DNA of 32,000 nucleotides from Candidatus Thorarchaeota archaeon (GCA_048882505.1 JBHLRO010000001.1:270001-302000); one strand, 5' to 3'; positions 1-9,793 are shown, counted from the first letter of the stretch. Notes: a model not told the origin generated them from the letters alone. A program made the numbers and translations.

Positions 1-170
1 AATACTTCGGATAATTTAAAATATCCTGTTTCTTGCAGAGGATTTGAAAGTTTATTCCCATCTCTATCATACTTGTTAATTAGGCCCGCTGCAATTTTGA
101 GACGAATGTTTTCCTCTGTTCGATTGGTGATTCGAAACACGTCGGTCAATTTCAGAAATGTTTCTTTCAT
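1..170 (-). CDS. Hypothetical protein, N-terminal part only (runs off the window start)
   Basis: Manual translation of the minus strand is open from ATG 170 (MKETFLKLTDVFRITNRTEENIRLKIAAG...) to the window edge. An AGGTGG RBS-like sequence lies just upstream. An alternative in-frame ATG is at 206. No family recognised. Confidence 0.5.
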   Translation of the reverse strand, partial: MKETFLKLTDVFRITNRTEENIRLKIAAGLINKYDRDGNKLSNPLQETGYFKLSEV

Positions 171-348
171 GGAACCACCTCTACAATACTCATTTGGGAG
201 AGGCATTTAACACAGTAAAAATCTCTCTTCTTATGATCCAAAGAATTAAACTGTGGCTTTAATAGATTGGCGGAAGATAATCTTGGGGGATTTGGATATA
301 GAAATTCTTAATTGTTGATTTAAGAATCAATTTTTAGAGGTTAATTGG

Positions 349-1287
349 TTGGATTTGGTCTTAGGAGTGTCCAAGGGCATCTCACGTTTTATCAAACCTG
401 ACGGTTTCGAATCCATTGAAAAGGTAATTGTCCCAGAATTGAATGCTATTGAATTTGGACTTTTAAACTGTACATTGGGTCGAACAGTCATTCCTGGAAC
501 ATTGCCTTATCCTACAGAAGGTCAAGTGGCATCCATTTTATCAGTGGTTCCTGAAGCTTACCATAGAAGTGTACATGGGCCATATAGGATTAGTGCTACA
601 ACGACTGATCCTAAGAAGCTTCGTTTCTCCAAATCTAATTTATCTGCAACCCTCAGAGTTGCTCAAGGACTTAAAGCAAAAACTGTAACCTTCCATTGTG
701 GGAGTTTCAAACGTCGGTTTAATACAGAGCATATAAAGGGAGTACTCAAAGATTGGGAACAGAACAGGGTAGAAAAAGGCTTTCTACCACGTTTGGCACC
801 TGAAGTTGGGGGAAAAGTAAATTCCTATGCAGATTTCTTTACTCTCGCGGAACTGGCAAGTACGATTGAAAATTTACTGATCACTTGGGACATCAGCCAT
901 GATTTCGCACGTGGAGGAAATGTCACAACCGAAGCGGGGATTCTGAAACGATTAGAAGTATTAGACGATACTTTTGAGTTAAACTCTGAGAATCGCCTGC
1001 CTGTACACTTTAGTGGAATGGTAGTTGGAAAATCGGGAGAAAAACATCATACATTGCTTGACCATGGAACAGGAGTCCCTTGGCAGCTAGTTTTTTCTGT
1101 GTTAAAAGACCAAAAGTATCTAGAAAAGTTAAGCCTGATCTGTGAAAGTAAAATTCCTAAGAAAGAAAGACTCATGGGAAATGCCATCACTGATGCATTA
1201 CTGGTCAAGGAATTTTTACGCTCCAATGTTGTTGTTAAAGAATATAAAGGAAAACCAGGTTATTTGGATTATTATTTTTCTTCATAG
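349..1287 (+). CDS. nfo: Archaeal-type endonuclease IV / AP endonuclease family 2 (TIM barrel)
   Basis: Metal-ligand motifs appear in EndoIV order: HGPY, FHCG, APEVGGK, WDISHDFARG, VHFSG, GEKHH, ICES. TTG start 8 nt after GAGG. Confidence 0.8.
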   Translation: MDLVLGVSKGISRFIKPDGFESIEKVIVPELNAIEFGLLNCTLGRTVIPGTLPYPTEGQVASILSVVPEAYHRSVHGPYRISATTTDPKKLRFSKSNLSATLRVAQGLKAKTVTFHCGSFKRRFNTEHIKGVLKDWEQNRVEKGFLPRLAPEVGGKVNSYADFFTLAELASTIENLLITWDISHDFARGGNVTTEAGILKRLEVLDDTFELNSENRLPVHFSGMVVGKSGEKHHTLLDHGTGVPWQLVFSVLKDQKYLEKLSLICESKIPKKERLMGNAITDALLVKEFLRSNVVVKEYKGKPGYLDYYFSS

Positions 1288-1410
1288 GATAATCATTGCC
1301 ATTTCCAGAAAGCCATACAAAGAGGATAAGCTTTAGAAGCGTTTATGAATACGAAACCTGGGTCGCTAACAAACTTTAATGTGATTTCTAATTCAAGGAT
1401 AGCGTGAAAA

Positions 1411-2550
1411 TTGATATTTCAGGTTGATCCTGTACTCATTGGTTTATTAACTTCAATTTTAACTGGTACAGCTGAAGTACTGATTCTAATGTTCGTTTTT
1501 TTGATAACCTTGTACAGATATTTTAAAACGAACTATATTCAGTTTCTGTATCTTTCCTTGGAATGGCTAGCACTGCTACTTTGGCAAGGATTTACAACAG
1601 CCTCGAACATTGTCTATTATAGCAATCAAGATCCCAGCATACCTAACCTGGCATCTGTTGATCTTGCAACTCTTCTAGGATATTTCGGATATTTTTCTCT
1701 TCTATTCGGTAGCATATTCTTAATCTTATTCGTTGATTCCCTCAGTCGAATGGGTGTAGATCCTGTCAAAGCGATTCTATACGGGATTTTTGTAGGATTG
1801 GGAGTTTATGCTGCTCTACTTCCAGGACAACAAGTTAAGTTCGTTTCAGATCTGACGTTTTACGTTTCTGCTGGATTTTGGGGGTTCCGAGCCATTTTAT
1901 GGACCTATTACTCCGCCCTATTGACCTTAAATTCCCCCAATACGGAAGTAAAAAGATACGCGCTGAGTACTTTTATAGGGTCATTCTTGGTTCTACTAAC
2001 GGCATTCTTCATTACATTTGGTATCGTTGAATCTGATCATATTATCAACGAAGCCCTCTTTTTATTCAGTGTTGTTTTACAGGCCATTCCTCTATACCTG
2101 GAACCGAAATTGTTATACATTTTACCGTACCGGGTAAGCAGTATTACCGTTGTCAATGATAACGGATTACCGCTTTTTACATACAGTTGGGTACCTGAGG
2201 AGGCCGCTTCTTTGAAGCATGACATACTTTTTGGGAGTTTAATGCACGGTATAAGTGGCATTCTCAAGGAATCATTGGATAAAGGAAACATACGCGAAAT
2301 CTCTTTAGAGGGTTCCATACTTTTACTTTATCGTCATGTTCAGTTTCCTGTAACCTTTGTTTTAGTTTCCACAAGATCATCAAAATCATTGGTTCAAGCG
2401 CTTCAAAGGTTTGCAATTGATTTTACCAGTAGTTTTGCAGATGTTCTCGAGGTTCAGAACGAAGTAGTCTCTCCTACGGCTTTCCAAGACGCTTCGAGAT
2501 TGGTTGAGTCAAGCTTTCCTTTCCTTCCTGACTTTTCATCGTCTATTTAG
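1411..2550 (+). CDS. Seven-transmembrane protein with C-terminal longin/roadblock-like domain
   Basis: Seven hydrophobic segments in aa ~8-230. The soluble tail (aa ~240-375: SITVVNDNGLPLF...LFGSLMHGISGILKESL...IREISLEG...VTFVLVST...LQRFAIDF) follows the beta-beta-alpha-beta-beta-beta-alpha longin-like pattern. Confidence 0.7.
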   Translation: MIFQVDPVLIGLLTSILTGTAEVLILMFVFLITLYRYFKTNYIQFLYLSLEWLALLLWQGFTTASNIVYYSNQDPSIPNLASVDLATLLGYFGYFSLLFGSIFLILFVDSLSRMGVDPVKAILYGIFVGLGVYAALLPGQQVKFVSDLTFYVSAGFWGFRAILWTYYSALLTLNSPNTEVKRYALSTFIGSFLVLLTAFFITFGIVESDHIINEALFLFSVVLQAIPLYLEPKLLYILPYRVSSITVVNDNGLPLFTYSWVPEEAASLKHDILFGSLMHGISGILKESLDKGNIREISLEGSILLLYRHVQFPVTFVLVSTRSSKSLVQALQRFAIDFTSSFADVLEVQNEVVSPTAFQDASRLVESSFPFLPDFSSSI

Positions 2551-2592
2551 TCACGTCTCTGGAGATGCAGTCCTATAAGAAAAACTATCAAA

Positions 2593-2943
2593 TTGGCCCG
2601 GGAATATATCGCCGACGTGGAAAATGAAAAGGCCATTGCCCTTTTAGAAGAAGCACTAGATACCTTCACCCATAACCCCGAACTTCATCGCATGGCGGGG
2701 CTCGTATATTCGAATTTGGGAGATCATTCGAAGGCAATCGAGCATTTCAAAAAGGCTCTCACTCTAGAACCATCGCATCACCAAACTTGGTGGAATTTAG
2801 GAAACGTATATGAAATGAAAGGCCAATTCAAAGATGCAAAGCACGCGTATGACCAGGCGGCAGAAGTAGCTTTAAGTGAAGATCCAGTTAAAGCCGAACG
2901 ATATCGTGAATGGAGTAGAAAAGTCCCAAAAAATTTACGATAA
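2593..2943 (+). CDS. TPR-repeat protein (about 3 repeats); start uncertain
   Basis: TPR consensus segments: HRMAGLVYSNLGDHSKAIEHFKKALTLEP and WWNLGNVYEMKGQFKDAKHAYDQA. Confidence 0.85.
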   Translation: MAREYIADVENEKAIALLEEALDTFTHNPELHRMAGLVYSNLGDHSKAIEHFKKALTLEPSHHQTWWNLGNVYEMKGQFKDAKHAYDQAAEVALSEDPVKAERYREWSRKVPKNLR

Positions 2944-3034
2944 GGCCATAAAAAAGATATAATCCTACTGGCCATTTAGCATATTAATAGCTCAAAACCA
3001 CCGAGACTGCTGACATTGGCAGGCGGATGAAAAA

Positions 3035-3532
3035 ATGGATGAAACCAATGCAAAAGAACGGTTAAAGGCGTTGATTGCGGATCTAAGGGCCTACGGACTC
3101 AGATTGATAGATGGATTGTCCCTAGATGAGTTTATTTGGAAACCTAAGAGTTCAAAAGGGCGATCGATACAAAGTATTTTTCGGCATGTGGTCAATACGG
3201 AACTCTTCTGGCTAAATACTCTTAATCTCATTGAACAAGAACCTGAGTATTCTCCTCGGGAATCAAATCTCAAGGAATTGAAAGAGCGCTATATCGAACT
3301 CCAGGAATTATTAACAAATCTCCTTGATAATGCAGGCCCGAATGATTTGATCGCTAACGTGGATCCCGAATCTAGAACTCTTGCATGGGCCGTTTGGAGA
3401 ACCTCATTACATTCAGTGCACCATCTGGCCCAAATTTCCTATCTACGCTTTGCTTTAAATAAACCCCCAGATGCAGCTTCTGTTGATACCTCGTGGGGAA
3501 AGGTTATTGATTTAATCATCGCCAACATGTGA
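3035..3532 (+). CDS. DinB/YfiT family four-helix-bundle metalloprotein
   Basis: SIQSIFRHVVNTELFW and HSVHHLAQI give the His triad typical of the DinB superfamily. Confidence 0.8.
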   Translation: MDETNAKERLKALIADLRAYGLRLIDGLSLDEFIWKPKSSKGRSIQSIFRHVVNTELFWLNTLNLIEQEPEYSPRESNLKELKERYIELQELLTNLLDNAGPNDLIANVDPESRTLAWAVWRTSLHSVHHLAQISYLRFALNKPPDAASVDTSWGKVIDLIIANM

Positions 3533-3621
3533 TCTCTGAGGGTATGATCCTTATATTATTATTAATCCTTATTTCGTTGATAGGTTACGCTGTATAGTTG
3601 GATATGGTTTTTATCCTCTCT

Positions 3622-4815
3622 TCAACAGCCTAAATAACGTGCAATGACTATACGTTGTATTTCGCTTGTCCCTTCGCCGATTTCTAATAAGCGTTGGTCA
3701 CGATAAAATCGTTCCACGGGGTATTCCTTCATCAAACCGTATCCACCATGGATTTGAACAGCATTATGGACGACACGCTTCGATACCTCGGAACAATAGA
3801 GTTTGGCCATTGCTGCGAGTTTCCTGTATTCCTCCCGCCCTTGATCAAAAAAGCATGTAGCTTTATATAAGAGGTTTCTTGCAGCTTCTATCTCGGTGGC
3901 CATATCGGCTAATTTAAACGAGTTGGCCTGAAATTTCGATATTGGCTTCCCAAAAGCAACTCGTTGTTTTGCATATGCCAGCGCTTGTTCATATGCCCCT
4001 TGTGCGCAGCCTAATCCCATGGCACCGATGGATAATCGACCTTTATCAAGAGTATCGAGCATTTGGTGAAATCCCTCCCCCTGGGATCCAAGCATTTGAC
4101 TTTCGGGGACTCGACAGTCTGAGAAAAACAGTTCGGATGTAATAGATGCCCGCCAGCAGATTTTATTATGCATTGTCCTTGCCTCAAAACCATCCGTCCC
4201 CTGATCTACCAGAAAACATGTATATTCTTTACCCCTTCCATCTTCTCTCGTCCCAGTTACCGTTTGCACGGTGCTCCCAAGATTGTATTGTGTAGAACCA
4301 TTAGTGATGAAGATTTTTGACCCGTTGATTATCCAATCAGTCCCATCTTTGACAGCTTTTGTTCTTGTCCCACCTGCATCGGAACCAGCCTCTGGTTCAG
4401 TCAATCCAAATCCCCAGAGTTTTTCTCCAGTTGTTAGTTTAGGTAAATACTCATACTTGTGATCTTCTGTTCCGAAGTAGTATATAGGACCAATACCTAG
4501 GCTGTTATGAGCGGCTACAGTAGCTGCCTGGGAACCATCGACGCGAGCAATTTCCTCGACCGCGATGATATAAGCTAGATAAGACAATTCGCTTCCTCCA
4601 TATTTTTCTGGGATAGTAATACCTAGTAACCCTAGGTCTCCCATTTTTTTGGTTAATTTAGGTGAAAATTCTTCTTTTTGATCTAGCTCACTGGCAACAG
4701 GAGCAATTTCCTTTTCTGCGAACTCTCGAACCGATTCACGAATCATTTTACATTCTTCAGGAATATCAAAGTCCATAGATGCCGATTCTCCTTCGATAAG
4801 ACTTTTTAAGGTCAA
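3622..4815 (-). CDS. Acyl-CoA dehydrogenase (short/branched-chain type); real start may be ATG 4776
   Basis: FGLTEPEAGSDA, WIINGSKIFITNG, GRLSIGAMGLG, QIHGGYGLMKEYPVERFYRD and IGEGTSEIQR motifs. Confidence 0.95.
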   Translation of the reverse strand: MTLKSLIEGESASMDFDIPEECKMIRESVREFAEKEIAPVASELDQKEEFSPKLTKKMGDLGLLGITIPEKYGGSELSYLAYIIAVEEIARVDGSQAATVAAHNSLGIGPIYYFGTEDHKYEYLPKLTTGEKLWGFGLTEPEAGSDAGGTRTKAVKDGTDWIINGSKIFITNGSTQYNLGSTVQTVTGTREDGRGKEYTCFLVDQGTDGFEARTMHNKICWRASITSELFFSDCRVPESQMLGSQGEGFHQMLDTLDKGRLSIGAMGLGCAQGAYEQALAYAKQRVAFGKPISKFQANSFKLADMATEIEAARNLLYKATCFFDQGREEYRKLAAMAKLYCSEVSKRVVHNAVQIHGGYGLMKEYPVERFYRDQRLLEIGEGTSEIQRIVIARYLGC

Positions 4816-5403
4816 TTACTTAAATAACCTAGTGTTGTGCACATTTCTGAATAAAAAAATACAATTAAGGCTAAACCGAAGATCTTTTAGTTTGTTTTTA
4901 TGCTATAGCGCTTCTAAGGTATCGAAATAATTGTTTGAATGCCCCTCTTACGTCACGCATTGACCGCAAGAAGTTCACATTTGGAGTAAAACTTTTTCCA
5001 GCAATAAACTGAAATTTGTCCCTATCCTCATAATACCCCCGTTTTTTTTAATTTTTGGCCAAAAAAATAGGAGTCTGGATAGGATCAAACATATGTGGTC
5101 GAAATTATTAGGTTAGGGATTGGTGGAGAACATTCGTCTTATCGAAACCAAGCTCTTTCTATTAGAATATTAGATTCGTTACCCGTGTTCTCACCCCCCT
5201 TCCAATGTAACGAAAACCTTTAAATGGGTTATAAATGGACAAATATGAGCGATAGATTCTGATTCTTCGAAAAAAGGTGAAGACTTTTTAATTCATGAAC
5301 GCAGCATTAAAAAGAAAATCAAAGTGGCAAGAATCGTTTATCACTAAAGATTCTCGTGTTTTCGCTGTTTTAAATAATAAAAACGAGGCCTTGAGGTTCA
5401 CCC

Positions 5404-7758
5404 ATGGCAGAAGAGTCCGAGAAACCTTCCAAAAAGCTGGTTATTCTTTCCGCAGGGGTTGAACTATCACCTGTCATGGAACAATTACTCCGTGCAGGTC
5501 TTAAATTTACTGTTGGTCTTAACACAACAGCAGATTTTGCACTATACGAGGATGTTGAAAAAGAAAAGGGCAAGGACAAAGAACCGATTGTCGAAGTTTG
5601 GTACCACCATGAAATTGTAAAACTCGCCGCTACTATTGTACCTGACGACCTTACGACTAGTCCACTGACCAAAATATTTACTAGGAATATCGACCAGTCG
5701 CGTATTCCATTGAGTGAGACGGAAATGTTCTTGGTTCAGTGGGTATCTGAAATGCATCGAGCAAATCAAAATCTTTTCGATTTCTTCAAAGCACTAAACG
5801 ATTATGCCCGGAATTCTGTTGAGGTTCATCCTTTAATTCTGGCCCCAGACGCAATCGCAGTTAAAACAGATGGCAATCATGTTCCTTTACGATATTTCCA
5901 GATTACTGGCCTTATTGAAAGGGATGCCAAAACTAAACCTGATATTGAACATCTTCAGGAATTGCTTGTGAAAAGCCAAGAATTAAAGGATAAAAAGAAA
6001 GCTAAAAAACTCATTGAGATTATAGGCGCGGATTTTGACAGAACAGTGCTGCCTGAAGAATTAAAAAGGGCGATAGTTGAAGCAGACGGTCTTCTGTTGG
6101 TCACCGGGGATCCATGCAGTATGGCGTTGATGCTTCTCCACAAAGAGATTACAAAAGCACTATCAAAATCCAGCGCTCAAACCACCATGGTGTGCCCTGG
6201 GCGCCTTACATTTCGGGAACAGTTTATATTGGAACTGTTAGACGTTAAACCGTCTCTTTTGGGAATAGCAGAAATTGGCGATGGGATAGTTGACAATTTA
6301 GTTGTTGGCCCCGAAGATGCTAGTGAGGTCACTGATTTACGATCCAAAGGATTCAATGTCATAATGCAGGATATAGAGGAGATTGAAGGCGATAAAGATC
6401 TTAATTCAATCCTAAAGAGTGTTGGAATCTCACTTAAGGATATATCTATCAAATCTGAGGGCGGGGGATCGATAGGAACCTTAGAGGATTTGGTCACTCA
6501 ATTAACATTCAAGCCCGTGGAAAAGCCGATACTCGATTCGGAAGAAGAAACCAAGAAGATAGAATTGCCGCCGTCTGCCGCTGTGGCGGATATGCAAACG
6601 ACTCTTGAAGTACATGCACAACAGGAACCAGAAAACACTGTCAAATTGCAGGATGTCAACGTGAAAAACTATGACTTTTCTGATCCTACGCTCGCCCTAA
6701 CCGACGATATGGTCGAAGCCTTAATGAAAGAGTTAACAGGAGAGTTTCCACCCTCATCAGTGGTAATAAAAACTGGAAATTCTGACGAGGAAAAGTCTGA
6801 GGTCAAACCCCTACAGTTTGAAAGCCAAGAGGCGTTTACGGAGGCTATTCAGAACTTTTTGAAGCTAACCTCATTCAAGAACCAAGAAGAACTGATCACG
6901 GGAATCGGAGAAGCCATTGCAGAGAACGCGGACATGGCAGCGTATGCAGCGAAGAGACTTACTAGTGCTTTGGAGGTTCACTCTAATACCCAAGAACTTG
7001 TAGACATTTATCTTCGCTATCTCAAGCCTCGCCCCTTAATCTTCATCAAGGAACTGTTGGATTTGCTTTTCAAAGACATTGGAAATCCAGACTTTGTTTC
7101 TTTTTCCCAGCGCGCAGCAATTGTCGTTCAAATGAGAAAGACCGAACTTAAATTTGTTAGTGAACTCATTGAACAAATGATTGAGTTCCAACTCGTAAAG
7201 TCATTGTCACCAAAAGAGAAGGAACATATTAGAACCGTATTGGTAGGAATCACAGCCCGGGATGTCACTCTTCAAAGACGAGCGATTTCAACCTTTTTGA
7301 AACACTACGATGAAACCTCAATGAATGATGAAGTTTGGTTAGGTTTATTGAAATTTGACGCTGCATTAGTCGCTCTAGAAATCGTTGAGCATCAAAGCAA
7401 GAAGGGACTTCATATTGTCCAAGATCTTTCTAAACGACACCTAGGCAGCTTTGGACACGTGATTTATGATGTGTGGACCGCCTACCAAGCTGGCGACATG
7501 CAACATGTGCTCCAGATTGCGGGAACCTTGTCCGACGGACTTCTTCGAAAACAACAGCGTATTGAGCTCGCTGGTCGAATTAAAAAGTTCGGAAGTGTTC
7601 CAATTGAAACACTGTCTCGTAGTGTAGAAATGGATCCAGGAGAATTGGAAGCCCTTGTGTACGAAATGATTAACGAAAATGAATTAAATGCTAAGATTGA
7701 AGTCGTGGAAGGTCGATTGACAATCGTTCAGGTAAATAATGAAGAAGTTGCCGATTAA
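5404..7758 (+). CDS. 784-aa multidomain protein: degenerate CofD/YvcK-like N-terminal domain, acidic linker, helical region, C-terminal PCI-like winged helix
   Basis: aa ~10-335 follow the CofD strand/helix order (KLVILSAG, FTVGLNTTADF, AIVEADGLLLVTGDP, TTMVCP, VKPSLLGIAE..VDNLVVGPED). The C-terminus FGSVPIETLSRSVEMDPGELEALVYEMINENELNAKIEVVEG matches the PCI winged-helix consensus. Confidence 0.65.
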   Translation: MAEESEKPSKKLVILSAGVELSPVMEQLLRAGLKFTVGLNTTADFALYEDVEKEKGKDKEPIVEVWYHHEIVKLAATIVPDDLTTSPLTKIFTRNIDQSRIPLSETEMFLVQWVSEMHRANQNLFDFFKALNDYARNSVEVHPLILAPDAIAVKTDGNHVPLRYFQITGLIERDAKTKPDIEHLQELLVKSQELKDKKKAKKLIEIIGADFDRTVLPEELKRAIVEADGLLLVTGDPCSMALMLLHKEITKALSKSSAQTTMVCPGRLTFREQFILELLDVKPSLLGIAEIGDGIVDNLVVGPEDASEVTDLRSKGFNVIMQDIEEIEGDKDLNSILKSVGISLKDISIKSEGGGSIGTLEDLVTQLTFKPVEKPILDSEEETKKIELPPSAAVADMQTTLEVHAQQEPENTVKLQDVNVKNYDFSDPTLALTDDMVEALMKELTGEFPPSSVVIKTGNSDEEKSEVKPLQFESQEAFTEAIQNFLKLTSFKNQEELITGIGEAIAENADMAAYAAKRLTSALEVHSNTQELVDIYLRYLKPRPLIFIKELLDLLFKDIGNPDFVSFSQRAAIVVQMRKTELKFVSELIEQMIEFQLVKSLSPKEKEHIRTVLVGITARDVTLQRRAISTFLKHYDETSMNDEVWLGLLKFDAALVALEIVEHQSKKGLHIVQDLSKRHLGSFGHVIYDVWTAYQAGDMQHVLQIAGTLSDGLLRKQQRIELAGRIKKFGSVPIETLSRSVEMDPGELEALVYEMINENELNAKIEVVEGRLTIVQVNNEEVAD

Positions 7759-8768
7759 GACGAAGTTAATACGATAAGATAAAGCGTAATGATCAGGAGG
7801 GCCGTAACAACTGATATCCAAATGATATTCAGCCTCTTAACCTTTGCGAGCTGTCTTTTTGACAAACCTCTGCTTTTTACACCAAATATCCAAAACACTC
7901 CCGTACAAGATAGATTGATTGCCAAAACGTTTAGTACCAATAAACTGGTTGCACTCAATGTAAGATCCCAAGCTCCAAGTGCACCTAGGATTCCTATAGT
8001 CGCTGCAGGAGGGCATAATGAAGCTGCGATCGCTACTCCTACAATTGAAACGTCAAGTCCTCTAGCCACGATTAATCCTGCAGCCAATCCCCCCAAAAAG
8101 GCTAGAGCAATTGCGGGTGGGCCCAAAATTGCACGATTTAGAATTTCAGGGTATACAAACTGATTAGTTATGGGATCTTTTTCAAGGATTTCGATTCCGG
8201 AGATCGCGTGGAAAATAGTTCCCCAGACCGCCCCTGTCAATACGGTGACAGAAAGTCCGGTAAACTCGGCCCAAGTTCCCCGCTTAACGAAAGAAGTAGT
8301 ATCAAGGCTTAATAGCCCTAGAGAAGTTAGAACTATAGGTCCAAGTAGCGGAGCCACTATCATACTTGCAATGATTACAACAGAATCATTGTTTATTAAT
8401 CCAATGCTTGCTAATGTCGCTGCAAGTATATTCATTAGTAAATATATCCCAGAAAAGCCTGAAATATCGCCTAAATTCGCTAATATTTCTTCTCGATTGA
8501 CACCAGCCGCGGAAGGGAGCGTGTTCGCCTCCTTCTGACTTGAAATCATCAAAGAAACTGGCCGTACAATAATATCCCCATATGCAACACCGATTCCCCG
8601 GGCTTTTAGCTCCTCAATCATAACATTAGTTTGGTAATCTTCAACAGATAGTTCAAACACAACTAGCTCCAGGAAATCGTAGGTATTTGATCGAAGTTTA
8701 AAATCTAGCAAAAACTCGTCCATAAGACTTTTTTTGTCTGTAGGAATTGTAACTTGAATTTCCTTCAA
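7755..8768 (-). CDS. TIGR00341 / DUF389 family membrane protein
   Basis: IGLINNDSVVIIASMIVAPLLGP and VGVAIAASLCPPA motifs. Start moved to TTG 8768 (MKEIQVTIP), 6 nt after GAGGTG at 8775-8780. Its stop overlaps the stop of the convergent gene at TTAA 7755-7758. Confidence 0.9.
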   Translation of the reverse strand: MKEIQVTIPTDKKSLMDEFLLDFKLRSNTYDFLELVVFELSVEDYQTNVMIEELKARGIGVAYGDIIVRPVSLMISSQKEANTLPSAAGVNREEILANLGDISGFSGIYLLMNILAATLASIGLINNDSVVIIASMIVAPLLGPIVLTSLGLLSLDTTSFVKRGTWAEFTGLSVTVLTGAVWGTIFHAISGIEILEKDPITNQFVYPEILNRAILGPPAIALAFLGGLAAGLIVARGLDVSIVGVAIAASLCPPAATIGILGALGAWDLTLSATSLLVLNVLAINLSCTGVFWIFGVKSRGLSKRQLAKVKRLNIIWISVVTALLIITLYLIVLTSS

Positions 8769-9315
8769 GTACGGCACCTCTTATAATTAGTCTAGAAAAA
8801 TTAGGTAAGAAACAAGAACAAACGAAGGTAAAAAACTGATTTTACATTTTTGTGAACTGTTTTCCTCATATCGATACTTGATTAAAGGAATCTAGCAACC
8901 CTTTCGGTTTAACCTTTTGCTTTTTTCCCCATGTTAGAATTCACGCTTGATCACGAATTATTTGACTTGAATTTCTATTAATGCGGTGTAAGATTGAATC
9001 AACTAGAGTATCCGAGTTTTTTGCAGCAATAAATCGATAAGGGAACTCGATATTGCATTAATCTGGCTTTTGTGTTATGAATACTTGTATTGACATCCTA
9101 TTGCCAAATTTATAACCAGTTTTGGCATTAGTACCAGATAAATGCCCGCTAATACGCCAAGAGCTTGTTTGTGATTTTCGCATCTTTACGTTTAGATTTG
9201 ACTAACGAAACTCGAACCATCTACGAAAAACTTAATAAACAGTTTTCGAAGTTTAAATCATAGAAACTTACAGAACTATTAACTATTGTTAACAACACTA
9301 AAACGGTGAATAATT

Positions 9316-9780
9316 ATGAGTCACGAAATATTTGACGAAATAGACCGAGAAATCTTAGAAATTCTCAGTCAGGATGGTCGAACGAAGTTTACTACCATAG
9401 CGAAGAAAATTAACAGAACAGAGGGAACAGTCCGCAATCGAGTTCGCCGCCTGAAGGAAAAAGGCATCATACAGGGATTTAAAGTTATCACAGATCCAGC
9501 AAATCTTGGATATGAAAGACAGGCTATCGTAAAGTTTGAACTTACGCCAAAATATGAAGTCTATACCCAACTCTCGAATCTGCCATTTGTATGTAGCTCT
9601 GCTGATTGCCAGCTCCTTTCACTCTATCGATCCAATGGAGAAAGTACGTTCATCCTAGAAATTCAAAGCAAGTCTGAACAGGGACTAGATCATTTCCTTG
9701 AGGCATTATCAGAATTTGATGGCCTCAGCGATATGGAAGTCCTTGTAAAGGAAGAGAAGCTTTATAGTAACTTAGCCTAG
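9316..9780 (+). CDS. Lrp/AsnC family transcriptional regulator
   Basis: N-terminal HTH FDEIDREILEILSQDGRTKFTTIAKKINRTEGTVRNRVRRLKEKGII, plus a C-terminal RAM-like domain. GGTGA RBS upstream. Confidence 0.93.
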   Translation: MSHEIFDEIDREILEILSQDGRTKFTTIAKKINRTEGTVRNRVRRLKEKGIIQGFKVITDPANLGYERQAIVKFELTPKYEVYTQLSNLPFVCSSADCQLLSLYRSNGESTFILEIQSKSEQGLDHFLEALSEFDGLSDMEVLVKEEKLYSNLA

Positions 9781-9793
9781 GTAATCTAATTAC

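Noticed and set aside
1411-2120. Microbial rhodopsin
   Set aside because: No retinal-binding Lys motif in the seventh helix.
5122-5197. tRNA-sized segment with pairing ends
   Set aside because: No D-arm, anticodon arm or TTCRA T-arm stem, so it is not called a tRNA.
5404-6420. Annotation as a functional cofD (F420 biosynthesis)
   Set aside because: The Gly-rich loop and DLDT motif are absent, and no other cof genes are in the window.
8843-9096. Minus-strand frame MSIQVFITQKPD... with three internal stops in the 540-nt gap before the Lrp gene
   Set aside because: The stops are mixed (TAA and TGA), so recoding does not explain them. No recognisable family, and the stop count is not clearly below chance.
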